Shown: one piece after another, positions 23,041-34,200 of the stretch | Position numbering within the stretch: the stretch's first letter is position 1 | How the letters are laid out: each line of letters starts with the position of its first letter | NCBI GenBank assembly: GCA_043228905.1 | Contig: JBHGNT010000005.1 | Span: forward strand, 10,292,001-10,356,000 | Reading direction: 5' to 3' | Length of the DNA stretch: 64,000 nucleotides | Source: Azolla caroliniana | Lineage: Eukaryota; Plantae; Polypodiophyta | The notes under the pieces: generated by a model | Databases searched by the model: none | Seen by the model: only the letters and a program-made list of their open reading frames with translations | What the model was told of the DNA's origin: nothing | Translations under genes and position numbers: made by a program

Positions 23041-26000
23041 TTTCTGCAACAGTCGCTCTGATACCAGTTTGCAAGGAATAGACGCTTCTATTCACCTTCT
23101 TCTTCGGCTACAACCGAGTAATCGCGGATCAATGGAGCAGAAAATAGGAACCACAGGGAGAAAGAAACAAAACACGAGCACACAGGGATTTAACGTGGAA
23201 AACCCTAGATGGGAAAAACCACGGGAGTACGAGACTCCAAACCAACGCTATACAAAAGAAGTATACAATGGCGAGCTGCAAGGCGACGACCTTGAGCTCG
23301 CTGTCCTCGCCACAGGCGGCGGAAATACACAGAGGCAACGACCTCTTCGTCTCTCTCTCTCTCTCTCTCTCTCTCGCTAAATGAGCAACCACAATAAACT
23401 GTTTGCCCTAAGTCATATTTATACCCATATGACTTTCGGGCTATTTACAAATATAGCCTCAAGGGCTCTTGGCAAACATATTCACCGGCTTCATGCCGGG
23501 TACTCTCCATCATCCGGATCCGCATCCGGGTACTCTTCATCCGGCTTCATGCCGGGTACTCTTCATCATCCGGATCCGCATCCGGGTACTCTTCATCCGG
23601 CTTCATGCCGGGTACTCTTCATCATCCGGATCCGCATCCGGGTACTCTTCATCCGGCTTCATGCCGGGTACTCTTCATCATCCGGTTCCGTAACCGCAAC
23701 CGGGCTTGCCGTCATTCATCTCCGGACATCCCATCCGGAGGGACCGAAATCCCAACAGAAGAAGAGGAGACGAGCGGAGGTGCCACGACCTTCCACACAC
23801 CGGTCCTAGAGACTCCGGCAACTGGCCCGAGAGCCGTGTGAGACCTAGAGAGACGGACAGTGGCGGTGGCAAGGCGGGCAACCGAGACGACGAAGAGGAG
23901 GTTTGTAGCGGACGGAGGCGAGATCCCTCGACACCGGGGCCGGAGACTTCGGCGGTTGCGCCCGAGCGTGGACATAAGACCGGAGAGATGGGCGGTGGTC
24001 GTGAGGATGAGAGGCCCGGAGTGGGCACGTGCGAAAAGGCCGAAGGAGATGTCCGGAGCGGCATCAAGGAGCGAGTCGGGAAGAGACCTGAGCGAAAGAT
24101 GAGCCGGTCGGTAATCCGACCCGACCGGGAGGCGGAGCGGAAGAAGAGTGAAGCGGGGTCCGGTCAACCGGGCCCAAACCGAAGAAGAACCGGCAAGGCC
24201 AGATTTGCGCGGACAAACATGTACCGGCCGGCCGGTTACGATTACGGAAGGGAGCCGACCAAACCGGAACTCGATCGGCCGAGACCGATCCGGGCGAAGG
24301 CTAAGTCGGCATGCTTGGAGATCGGGGAGGACGGGTCACAACACGCGATGCGAACCGGTGAGCGTATTGAGGAGGCCTAATGGGCATAGTGATCACGGCT
24401 TGCTAGAAGACCGAGAACGAGAGGGACCTTCCACACCCATTATAGAGACTTTGGCGGTTGCGAATCAATGTGAGACCGGAGAGACGGCGGGTGGCGGCGA
24501 GGAGTCGGAGGCCGAAGCGGACAAAGTTACCAGAGCGGGTATCCGGTATGAGATGATGGACGAGCGGGTCCAAGATGGCGAGCCCGGGTCGGAACGGGTT
24601 ACGGTGACAAAGGAAGAAGTGGCCAATGCGGAGGTCGGGTCTACGGCAGATGAAGGGCGTAACACAAAGCATGCATTACGGTCGGTGAAGGGCCCAAGAA
24701 TGAGCATGCATCCGAGAGAGCGTCAACGAGTGACCGGAAATGGTGGACCGATTGAGCCTTTGAGAGGCGAGGACTCGGTGGTGGACCGAGAGTGGGAGGA
24801 ACCCTCCACACCTACCCGTGAGGCATCGGCGGTCGCGGATCGAAAGGAGAACGAAGAAACGGTGGGTGGCGGCAAGGAGTTGGAGACCGATGCGGAGGTC
24901 GGGTCTACGGCAGAAGCGCGACATGAGACGCATGCAATACGGCCGGTGGAGGGCCAAGACACAAGCATGTATACGGCGGATGGGCGACAACGATTGACCG
25001 ACGATGACGGTCGGGTCAAGCCTTCGAGAGGCAAGCGCGGGACGAAGGACGGCTCGGCGAAACACCAAGACCGACGATATGGGCCGAGCACGATCAGCAT
25101 GAGCGGAGAGTCGTGTCTTGAGAACCGAAGAAGATGCGCGGAGAACAACGGGGTACACACCGGGAAGAGAAAGTGCAGCGGCTTCTCGGAGGGCATACAA
25201 GGCCAAGCGGGCCAAGAGGGCGCAAGTCGAAGTGAGGCGATAACGAGAGCCTCGAGGGACACTGACACGGAGGTCGGGATGACGATACGCTCTACTACGA
25301 GAGAGCACGGCGAAAAAGGGGAAAGCGAAAAGCACGTGATGGGGTCATCGAAGGACCGAAGCACGAGCACGCATTCGGAGGGCAGCATCGACATACGGGG
25401 AAAGCCTACGGAAGGCAAGCGCGGAGCGGAGAGAGTCGGTACGCCGAGGTGTGCGGCTCGCAAAGGGCGGAATCCGGCATACGACCGGGAGCGCATCCGG
25501 AGGATATACGAGGCGGACAAAGGAAGAGCAACCGGGTCGGCGATGGCGTTCGGGAGGACCGAACGGGGAGGAAAGCACGGGCATCGGACACGGCGGGTCG
25601 GATGTAGCCGGTGGTTCAAGGACCCACGGTGGACGTGGCGGATCGAGTGGAGGCAACGACTCGGCGAACATCATCGAGTGTGGCGGATCGGATGGCGCTG
25701 ACAGTTCGAGACCATTCGGCGAGGATGGTGGACCGGAAGGCGGCGGTGGTTCGTGTGGATGGGGTGGTCTTGCTCGAAGTGGAAGACAAAACCGGGCAGG
25801 CCCACGAGGACGCTAGGGACTCGGTCGGTCGTCGTGGCCGAAAATCTCGTGTTCTCTCCCCTATGTTTTGGCACATACCGGTGGATGTGCGGTTAGGTGG
25901 GGGCGGATGTCGTGAAGATTTTCGTCCACAAGCGGAAACCCGAGCAACGAGAGCCAAAGAACGATGTGCAACATTGCACACGTACATAATGTATTTGTAA

Positions 26001-29000
26001 TAGTAATAAGGGTAAAGTGTATGGTGCTAGGAATGCCCCCATAAGATCCCTAATGTATAAAGGTGATGTGGTCTTGTGCGCACATCCACGCGAGAGAGAG
26101 AGAGAGAGGTACTATGAGGTACATGGGTACCTAGTTGTTTGTGAGGAGGTGGGAGTTAAGGGGGCCATCAATCTCACCCTCCCCCAAATCAAGGCAAATA
26201 TCCCCTTTGAATGAAAGGGGATATTTTAGTCTCACTTTTGTAAAACGGTCTTCCCTCCTTGTGCTATAAAAGGAGAGGGAAGGCACCATTGTGGGGGTTG
26301 CCTATTTTGAGTGTGTGAGGTATACCACATAGGTCGAGCGTTAGGGTTAGGGTTAGGGTTTCTTTATCTTGATCTTCATCTTCGTCGTTTAGGGTTTCGA
26401 GTAGTCGTTTGGTGCGGCCTATGCGGCCACCATTTTGTAATCGTTCACTTCGTTTTAATATATCTTGTTGATCATCTTGTCTCCATCTTCCTCTTGTTCG
26501 ATCTAATCTCTTGTTCATTCTTCTTCTTCTCGAGCAAAACTTCCATTCCACGTCCGATTCCTTCTCCTCTACTCCTTAGTCCAAGACCCCCGTGGTCCCG
26601 CCCTTCTCCACACACGCGCGTAGCAACGCGACAACGGACAACTAAATGTCAAGATATGAGGGTATAAAGTTTGTGAAAGGAAAAGCGAAAATTGTGAGAA
26701 ATCCCACATAGGCACGACAAATACGGCTCTCATCATATATAAGGTAGAGCAAAAGATATTATCTTTGTGTCTCTGTGTGGAGCATAGAGAGTTCAAGGTA
26801 ACTTGAACTAAGAGTGGAGGTGCGCTAGCTACTCGTAAAAGGTTTTGGCCAACAAAACCGGACCGGCAATGGAGCCGGTGATATCCGGCGCCAGTGAGAC
26901 ACCGTCATCCGACGGCAATCCGGTGACGGCATCCGGCGAGGCACCGGTAACCGACGGCATTCGGCGGCAGCACCTGTATCCGGCGCCAACCGGCGCCGGT
27001 GAGACGACGGAATCCGACGCCGGTAAGGCAACGGCATCCGGCGAACTGGCGTCCAGTGACTAGATAAATAAATATATAAATATATTGTTGAGAGACAAGC
27101 TCAACATCGGCCGGATCGGCTGAAGAAGCCGAGGACCGGATCGGTTGGGACCGATCGGTTAGGCCGAGTGCATAAACCGGGAGGCCGTTAGGAAAGATAT
27201 TCCGTGAGGAATATATTTGGGAGTTAGTGTAGGAGCTCTTGATGAGCATTGAAGTATTGTCAGTACTTCGGTCAGTCCTTCTAGGACTTGTATAAAAGTG
27301 CTCACTGAGCACGTCTTATGTACAGACTGAGCATTATTGTTGAATATAGTTTTTTGTGTTTCTCTCTCTGTCTCTCCCGCGTATACTGCGTAAGCCCAAG
27401 CTCTCCATTAAACCTGAGTTTCCTCTCTTCTGTTCGGTCTTCATACTTGCTTCCGCACGCTACTTTCTACATGGTATCAGAGCGCGAGGGTTGAGAACCT
27501 CTCTGCAGCCGACACAGCTTGACGAAGAAGAACGAGAAGAACGATGGATAGAGGCATGACGAGCTCGCTTCCAACAGAGAAGCTCGACAGAACCAACTAC
27601 GCGTCTTGGTCCTACAAGATGCACCAGTACCTGCTCGTGCACGGCTACTGGAGTTATGTCGAAGGAGTTAATGACGCGGCACCCGAATCGACACACAAAG
27701 ACTTCCTGTCGTGGGAGCAATCGGCGAGCAGGGTATTGTACTGTTTCGCGTTGTGTGTGGGCGAACAGCTATTGAGCTATGCTCGGGATGCAAAGACGCC
27801 GAAGGGTGCGTGGGAAAATCTGAAGAAGATTTTCGCCGCGAGCACCACAGCCAGGAAGCTTCAGCTCCGATAGGAGTTGAGCAACCTACGACAACGCGAC
27901 TTGTCGGTGGCGAACTATACCTCGAAGATCAAGGATATCTATGACTCCCTCGCCTCCATAGAGGTGAACATCGAGGAGAGCGAGATGGTCCAAATCTGTC
28001 TCGGAGGTTTGGCATCAAAGTTCGGAGCGTTCGGAACGGCTGTGTGTACCCGGGAGAATACGCCGTCCTTCTTTGACTTACAGTCAATGCTCCTGGTAGA
28101 GGAGAACCACGCGGGTGCATCTACAAGCACGCACACTGACAGCAGAATGTTGTACATGGAGGGAGATAGGCCCCGTGGACGTGGAGGACGAGGCTAGTTG
28201 GCACGCAATAGAGGCGGCCGACGAGATCAAGGAAGATGGCACCAAAGTGATGCCAACAACAACTCCGGACCCTCCGGAAACAGGGGGAGTCGAAGCGATG
28301 AGAACCGGCAAGGGAAGGCCATCGCGGAGTGCTGGTACTGTGGCAAGAAAGGCCACAAGGAAAGTGAGTGCTGGAAGAAGCGCGCCGATTCGGAGAGAAC
28401 TGGTTCCGGGAACGGCTCCAGACATACCAACAAGGGAAATCGGCAGCGATCGCACTACGCTGTCGTAGTGTATTTTGTACACTACGTGAAAAACGTATAT
28501 AGTATTAGATTCAATAAAAAATGAAGAAATAGAAGAAAATAGCAAAATAAATGGAACATGCATAGGGCAAGATTCGAACCTTGCACCTCCATGTTAATAA
28601 TGTAATGTCTTACCATTACACTAGCATTTCATTAGTGTTAAAGCATAGATGTCCCACATAGAAAGGTAAATTCACGCTAGGATAAACATTAGAAAAACGC
28701 ATAACAAAAGAAAAAGCTACACATACACATCTAGCGTTCATGATAAAAAACGCACAAGTTAGAAAAAAGCATGATCACTTTAGATAAAGCATATAGTCTA
28801 TCTATAGGAAAAGCATGGGGTCTATAGTTAGAGAAAAAGCATGGATTACTAAGACTTCCTCATCACTACATAAGGATGGCGAGCACAATGTAATTGTGTG
28901 TGAAAAATATTTGGAAACTAGATATGTTTCTAAAAAACACCAATTAATAAACTATACTCGTGGGATTCACGAGAATTCTATATCATTCTCTTTCAACCGA

Positions 29001-29205
29001 AGTTTATATTCTTATATTCATATTGATTAATCTAATACAATACACTCGTGGGATTCACGAGTTTGCTATAACTCTTTCTTACAACATATTTATATTCTTA
29101 TTAGCCTTAAAACTCTCCTCTTCCTAGTCCAAAACCCCAGCGGTTCCCACCCGACTCACGCAACGATCTGGCGCCGAAAGGCACGACACAGTTGGTGAAC
29201 CCGAC

Positions 29206-30396
29206 ATGAAGATGGGTGGCAAGGAGATGGAGAATCAACAAGAGGCGATGAACATGATGATGATAATGTTTGAGCGGATGCAACAAGAACAACGTGCGAT
29301 GTCGGAGATGAAGGCGGCAGTAGAGCGGCTTCTGCGACGAAACGGGGAATTCAATGGTAAGGGTGTGTCACGCTATCTACGTGACTACAAAGGGGAGATG
29401 ATGCGATGTGGGATACCGGAAGGATTGCAAGTGATATCCTTTAGTCGGGTGGCCTCGGACGAACTACAAGAGAGAATCCACAAGATACAACAACAAAACT
29501 CGACATGGGAGTCCTTTGAAGAATCTTTACGGGAGGCATATGACTATGAGAGATGGACGGGACGAGATCGACGAGAATTCGACGAATGGGTGGCGTCGGA
29601 GAAGACTCACCGAAGTGCAACGCAAGCGTTCCTAGAGTTCGAGCATCGTCTTGCTCGACTCTCGGAGCGGGAACAACGATTGGTGGGGGAGGATAAAGTC
29701 CTAATGTTCGTAAAATCGATCGATCGAAAAGAAAGGATGGACATCGGGATCGAACTCGAAGACGATGACGGTGCGAACGGTCTTACCGAGGATTGGGCCA
29801 AAGTCGAAAGGGTATGCCGAAGACATGATGAAAGGAAGCTGAGAATCTCGTCAACAACGACATGGCCCATGAAGGATGGTCGATTGAGGAAAAACGATGA
29901 AGCCAATATGAAGGCCGAAATACAACATGATGGTACCACGGGAGAAAGAGTGGAACAAGACACCCACTCGTCTTGTGAAAGAACGATGGCGAAGGATAAG
30001 GCCGATAATTCAAGTGTAGAAGGAAATTTCGGGATACAAGTGCCCGAGACATCGGGTCAAAAAGGGGTAAGCATAATAGATGTTTGCATAATTGATGCAG
30101 ATAAAGAGTGTGAAGCGGATGTGATTAAGGAGGTAGCCACAAAAGACGAAATCGAATCGGAGGTGGCTATGGACGAATCAATGGCGGATTGCCATATCGA
30201 GACTTCCCCACCACTGATTCCAGAGACTCCGGCGGTTGCGATCGAAAGGCAACGTGAGACCGAAGAGACGGAAGGTGGCGGAGAGAAAACGAATGTCGAA
30301 GCCGACGAATACGATGAAGAGATAGCCGAGAAGAATGCTAAGGGTGAAACTATGAAAGAAGGTAATATACCGAGGATTCATGCCAACAATATCTAG
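29206..30396 (+). CDS. Gag-like protein with acidic C-terminal extension
   Basis: N-terminus aligns by eye with gag at 8809 (MFERM.QEQRAMSE...FNGK.VS.YLRDYK.EM.RCGI.EGLQV). No zinc knuckle. Confidence 0.8.
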   Translation: MKMGGKEMENQQEAMNMMMIMFERMQQEQRAMSEMKAAVERLLRRNGEFNGKGVSRYLRDYKGEMMRCGIPEGLQVISFSRVASDELQERIHKIQQQNSTWESFEESLREAYDYERWTGRDRREFDEWVASEKTHRSATQAFLEFEHRLARLSEREQRLVGEDKVLMFVKSIDRKERMDIGIELEDDDGANGLTEDWAKVERVCRRHDERKLRISSTTTWPMKDGRLRKNDEANMKAEIQHDGTTGERVEQDTHSSCERTMAKDKADNSSVEGNFGIQVPETSGQKGVSIIDVCIIDADKECEADVIKEVATKDEIESEVAMDESMADCHIETSPPLIPETPAVAIERQRETEETEGGGEKTNVEADEYDEEIAEKNAKGETMKEGNIPRIHANNI

Positions 30397-30410
30397 AGAC
30401 TTCGGCGGTT

Positions 30411-31253
30411 GTGTCCGAGAACCAACGTGAGACCGGAGAGACGGGAGATGGCGGCGAGGAAGGTAAAGTCGGAAGTCGGTTCGGATGGAAAATGATCCAT
30501 CCGAAATTCCAATCTAAAAGAAAGTGCGACAATGCGGAGGTCGGGTCTACGACGGGAGAAGCGCGTAATACAGAGCACGCTCTACGGCGAATAAAGAAAC
30601 GCGTGTTATGGCGAATAAAGAAGCACGCGCTACGGCGAGAAAAGAAGCATGCATTACAACCACACGAGGACCGAACAACGAGCACATATCGGAGGACCTA
30701 CGTGGCGAACAACGGAAAGAAGTGCCGAAAGTCGAACCGGACAAGGCAGGTGAAAACGAAAAAAAGAAAGCAAATCCGGACGAAAAGAAAAGAAAAGAAA
30801 CCGACCCGAAAGAGCACTAAATCGGTAAAAACCGATCAACCGAGTCCGGATCGACCGAATACAAATCGGAAAGGAAGCCGAACTAAACGAAAGACGATCC
30901 GACGAGACCGAATCGGAAGTAAGCTAATCCGACTAAACCGAAAATCCGAAAAGAAGTCGAGATTGATGAAGAAAAGAAAGAGGGCAAGAAAAGATACTAC
31001 CGCGGATGACAAGGACCAAGCGGGCCATGCAAAAAGCGAACGAAGACTATGGTGGATCGGATGTCGACAATGGTTCGGCGGGTGGAAAGAATGGATGTGC
31101 TCCAAATGGAGAGACAAAGTCAACATAACAAGAGAAGTCGAGGGTACTACGAGCCGGCAACGAAACCAATCGGGTAGAGACTGGACGGAGGAGACTAACA
31201 AACACCAACAACTTCGGCACATACCGGAGGATGTGCGGGTTTGGAGGGGGTGA
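30411..31253 (+). CDS. Lys/Arg-rich ORF of unknown function in the non-autonomous element
   Basis: 280-codon open frame with a GTG start, ending within the PPT. May simply reflect A/G-rich composition. Confidence 0.3.
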   Translation: MSENQRETGETGDGGEEGKVGSRFGWKMIHPKFQSKRKCDNAEVGSTTGEARNTEHALRRIKKRVLWRIKKHALRREKKHALQPHEDRTTSTYRRTYVANNGKKCRKSNRTRQVKTKKRKQIRTKRKEKKPTRKSTKSVKTDQPSPDRPNTNRKGSRTKRKTIRRDRIGSKLIRLNRKSEKKSRLMKKRKRARKDTTADDKDQAGHAKSERRLWWIGCRQWFGGWKEWMCSKWRDKVNITREVEGTTSRQRNQSGRDWTEETNKHQQLRHIPEDVRVWRG

Positions 31254-34200
31254 GTGTCGTAGTGTATTTTATACACTACGTGAAAAACGTATATAGTATT
31301 AGATTCAATAAAAAATGAAGAAATAGAAGAAAATAGCAAAATAAATGGAACATGCATAGGGCAAGATTCGAACCTTGCACCTCCATGTTAATAATGTAAT
31401 GTCTTACCATTACACTAGCATTTCATTAGTGTTAAAGCATAGATGTCCCACATAGAAAGGTAAATTCACGCTAGGATAAACATTAGAAAAACGCATAACA
31501 AAAGAAAAAGTTACACATACACATCTAGCGTGCATGATAAAAAACCCACAAGTTAGAAAAAGCATGATCACTTTAGATAAAGCATATAGTCTATCTATAG
31601 GAAAAGCATGGGGTCTATAGTTAGAGAAAAAAAGCATGGATTACTAAGACTTCCTCATCACTACATAAGGATGGGGAGCACAATGTAATTGTGTGTGAAA
31701 AATATTTGGAAACTAGATATGTTTCTAAAAAACACCAATTAATAAACTATACTCGTGGGATTCACGAGAATTCTATATCATTCTCTTTCAACCGAAGTTT
31801 ATATTCTTATATTCATATTGATTAATCTAATACAATACACTCGTGGGATTCACGAGTTTGCTATAACTCTTTCTTACAACATATTTATATTCTTATTAGC
31901 CTTAAAACTCTCCTCTTCCTAGTCCAAAACCCTAGCGGTTCCCACCCGACTCACGCAACGATCTGGCGCCGAAAGGCACGACAACGCCGAAGACTCCGAG
32001 AGAGCCGGAGAAGGGACTGCCTTCGTGACGAGACACGAAGCAAACTCAATGAAGTAGACCACCCCGAGATCGGACGAGGTGTCGTACGTAGACTCCGGCG
32101 CGTCAAACCACATGACGAGCCATAAGGAGTGGTTCTCGTACCTTGAAAAACCGATACAACCTGGAGTAGTCGCAACAGGAGACGACACTCCGCATCCGAT
32201 CGCGAATGTCGGAGAAGTTCCCCTTAGCTATGTCGGGCAGAAAGGGAAACTCATGAACGTGTTGCACGTTCCGACAATCACGAAAAACTTGGTCTCGGTC
32301 GGACAGATCGTCGACCAAGGGATGGAGGTTCGGTTTACACACCTCGGGTGCTTCATTGAGGAAGAAGGCCGTGTGATTGCGCAAGGGCGTAGAGACGGGA
32401 GGATGTTCATCCTCGACTCCACTGACGGCGGCACCGCAATGTTCGCAAAGGGACAAAAGACCGAGTCGGACATCGACTTGTGGCACAAGCGGATAGGCCA
32501 CGTCAACCACCAACGGCTTCAAGATCTGCAATCGAAACAGGTAGTATTCGGATTGCCCAAATTTAGTGGCCGAAAGGCACAAATTTGTGAAGCCTGCCAG
32601 CTCGGGAAGCAACACCGACTTCCTTTCCGAAACGAGCGAAACCGGAGCCGGAATAAGCTCGACCTTATACACTCCGATGTATGGGGGCCGACACAAAACG
32701 TTAGTCTTGGCGGGAGCTGATATTTCGTCTCCTTCATCGACGACCACACGCGGCCCACGTGGATCTACCTCATTGAGAGGAAGAGCGAAGTCTTCGACTG
32801 TTTCCGGGACCTCAAAGGGTTCGTGGAAACGGAAACGGGACGAAAGATCAAGTGCCTGCGGTTGGATGGCGGGAAAGAGTACTTTTCCGGTCAATTCAAC
32901 GGTTACCTACAACAAATGGGAATTCGCCGCGAATTCAGTTGTAGATACATGCCGGAGCAGAACGGCGTGGCCGAGAGGAAGAATCGGTCAGTTGTGGAAG
33001 CGGCACGGGCAATGCTGGAGGAGAAGAGCTTGCCCAAGTTCTACTGGGCCGAGGCGGTAAGGACCGCGGTATACATCCAGAACCGGATCAGAGACAAAGT
33101 GTCGGCGCACGAGCTATATTTCGGAACGAAGCCGAACTTGCGACACTTGAGGGTGTTCGATAGCATTGCGTATGTGCATATACCGAAGGAGAAAAGGAGG
33201 AAGTTGGACGCAAAGGCCGAGAAATGCATCTTGGTCGGTTACTCGGACAAGCAGAAGGGTTATAAGTGCTATAACCCTCGCACCAAACAAGCACGTGTCA
33301 ATCGCAACCTTGTGTTTGACGAGTCCGCGTCCTGGTACCTGCCCCCGACTCCAATCCGAGCTCTGACGATGAGGTCAGTGAGGCCGAGATGCCTCCGGAT
33401 GAGCCCGAAATCGAGACCCGCGAAGAGAGTCCGATTTCACTCCGGTTAAGAGGACCGATTGGACGACTGAGTCGGTACGACCAGTCCGATGAAGAGCTGG
33501 CGAGTAGTGGAGACTCGGCCGTGTATTCCCCGCGCAGGAAGCCGAGGAGACGGCTTACGCGCAAAGAGAAAGGGAAGAAGAAGGTGTCGGATTCCGGCAC
33601 GGATAGGAACGAATCAGACCGACGCGAGTCCGACTCCGAGGGAACCGGTGACGGGTCTTTAAAGGTAAAGACTGTGTCGACCGAGAAAGCCTCGACATCG
33701 GCTAATGTGAGATTACACCGATCTACCCGCCAGAAGAATCCTGTTTTGCGGTTCGGATACAACGAGTACATGGCGCATCATTATGCGTACATGACCCGTA
33801 TAGCGGAAGTGCGTGAGCCAGAGGGCTACGTAGAAGCGGCTAAAGACGCGAATTGGCATGCTGCGATGGAGGAAGAGATGCACGCATTGGCGGAGAACGA
33901 GACCTGGGACCTGGTTGACGCACCGAAGGGTGTGAAGCCGATCGAGTGTAGGTGGGTGTACAAGGTCAAGTACAACACCGATGGCTCGGTCAACCGGTAC
34001 AAGGCTCGGCTAGTGGCAAAGGGTTACGCGCAGAAACACGGCATCGACTACGATGAGACATTTGCGTCGGTCGCGAAAATGGCGACTGTTCGTGTTTTGC
34101 TCGCAGTAGCTGCGGCGAAGGGGTGGCACTTACATCAGATGGATGTAAAGAATGCGTTCCTGCAAGGTGACCTTGAGGAACAACATGGTACAGCCCCCCA

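Larger units (their letters stand above)
18227..23757 (-). mobile_element. Young full-length Ty1/copia (Tork/Tnt1-like)
   Basis: LTRs at 23070-23757 and 18227-18956 are near-identical. TSD GAAGA at 18222-18226 and 23758-23762. iMet PBS 23055-23066. PPT ~18957-18969. Confidence 0.97.
18030..26633 (+). mobile_element. 5'-truncated non-autonomous relative of the Trp-primed gypsy family, interrupted by the Tork-like copia; 3' LTR ~25908-26633
   Basis: WAKV gag remnant near 18140. Internal blocks are shared with 30220-30590 (AATGCGGAGGTCGGGTCTACG). G-rich PPT 25895-25907, then TGTCG...CGACA LTR. No pol motifs. Confidence 0.7.
28461..31983 (+). mobile_element. Complete non-autonomous gag-only LTR element of the Trp-primed gypsy family
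   Basis: LTRs 28461-29188 and 31255-31983 are highly similar. Trp PBS 29193-29210 (one mismatch), PPT 31243-31254, 4-bp TSD ACGC, no pol. Confidence 0.95.

Noticed and set aside
24148-25701. 517-aa ORF and long antisense ORFs as a novel host gene
   Set aside because: They lie in the GC-rich internal region of a non-autonomous element where all frames are stop-poor. No recognisable motifs.
26341-26362. (TTAGGG)3 telomere-like run
   Set aside because: Too short, and typical of telo-box-like motifs in plant LTRs. No evidence of a healed break.
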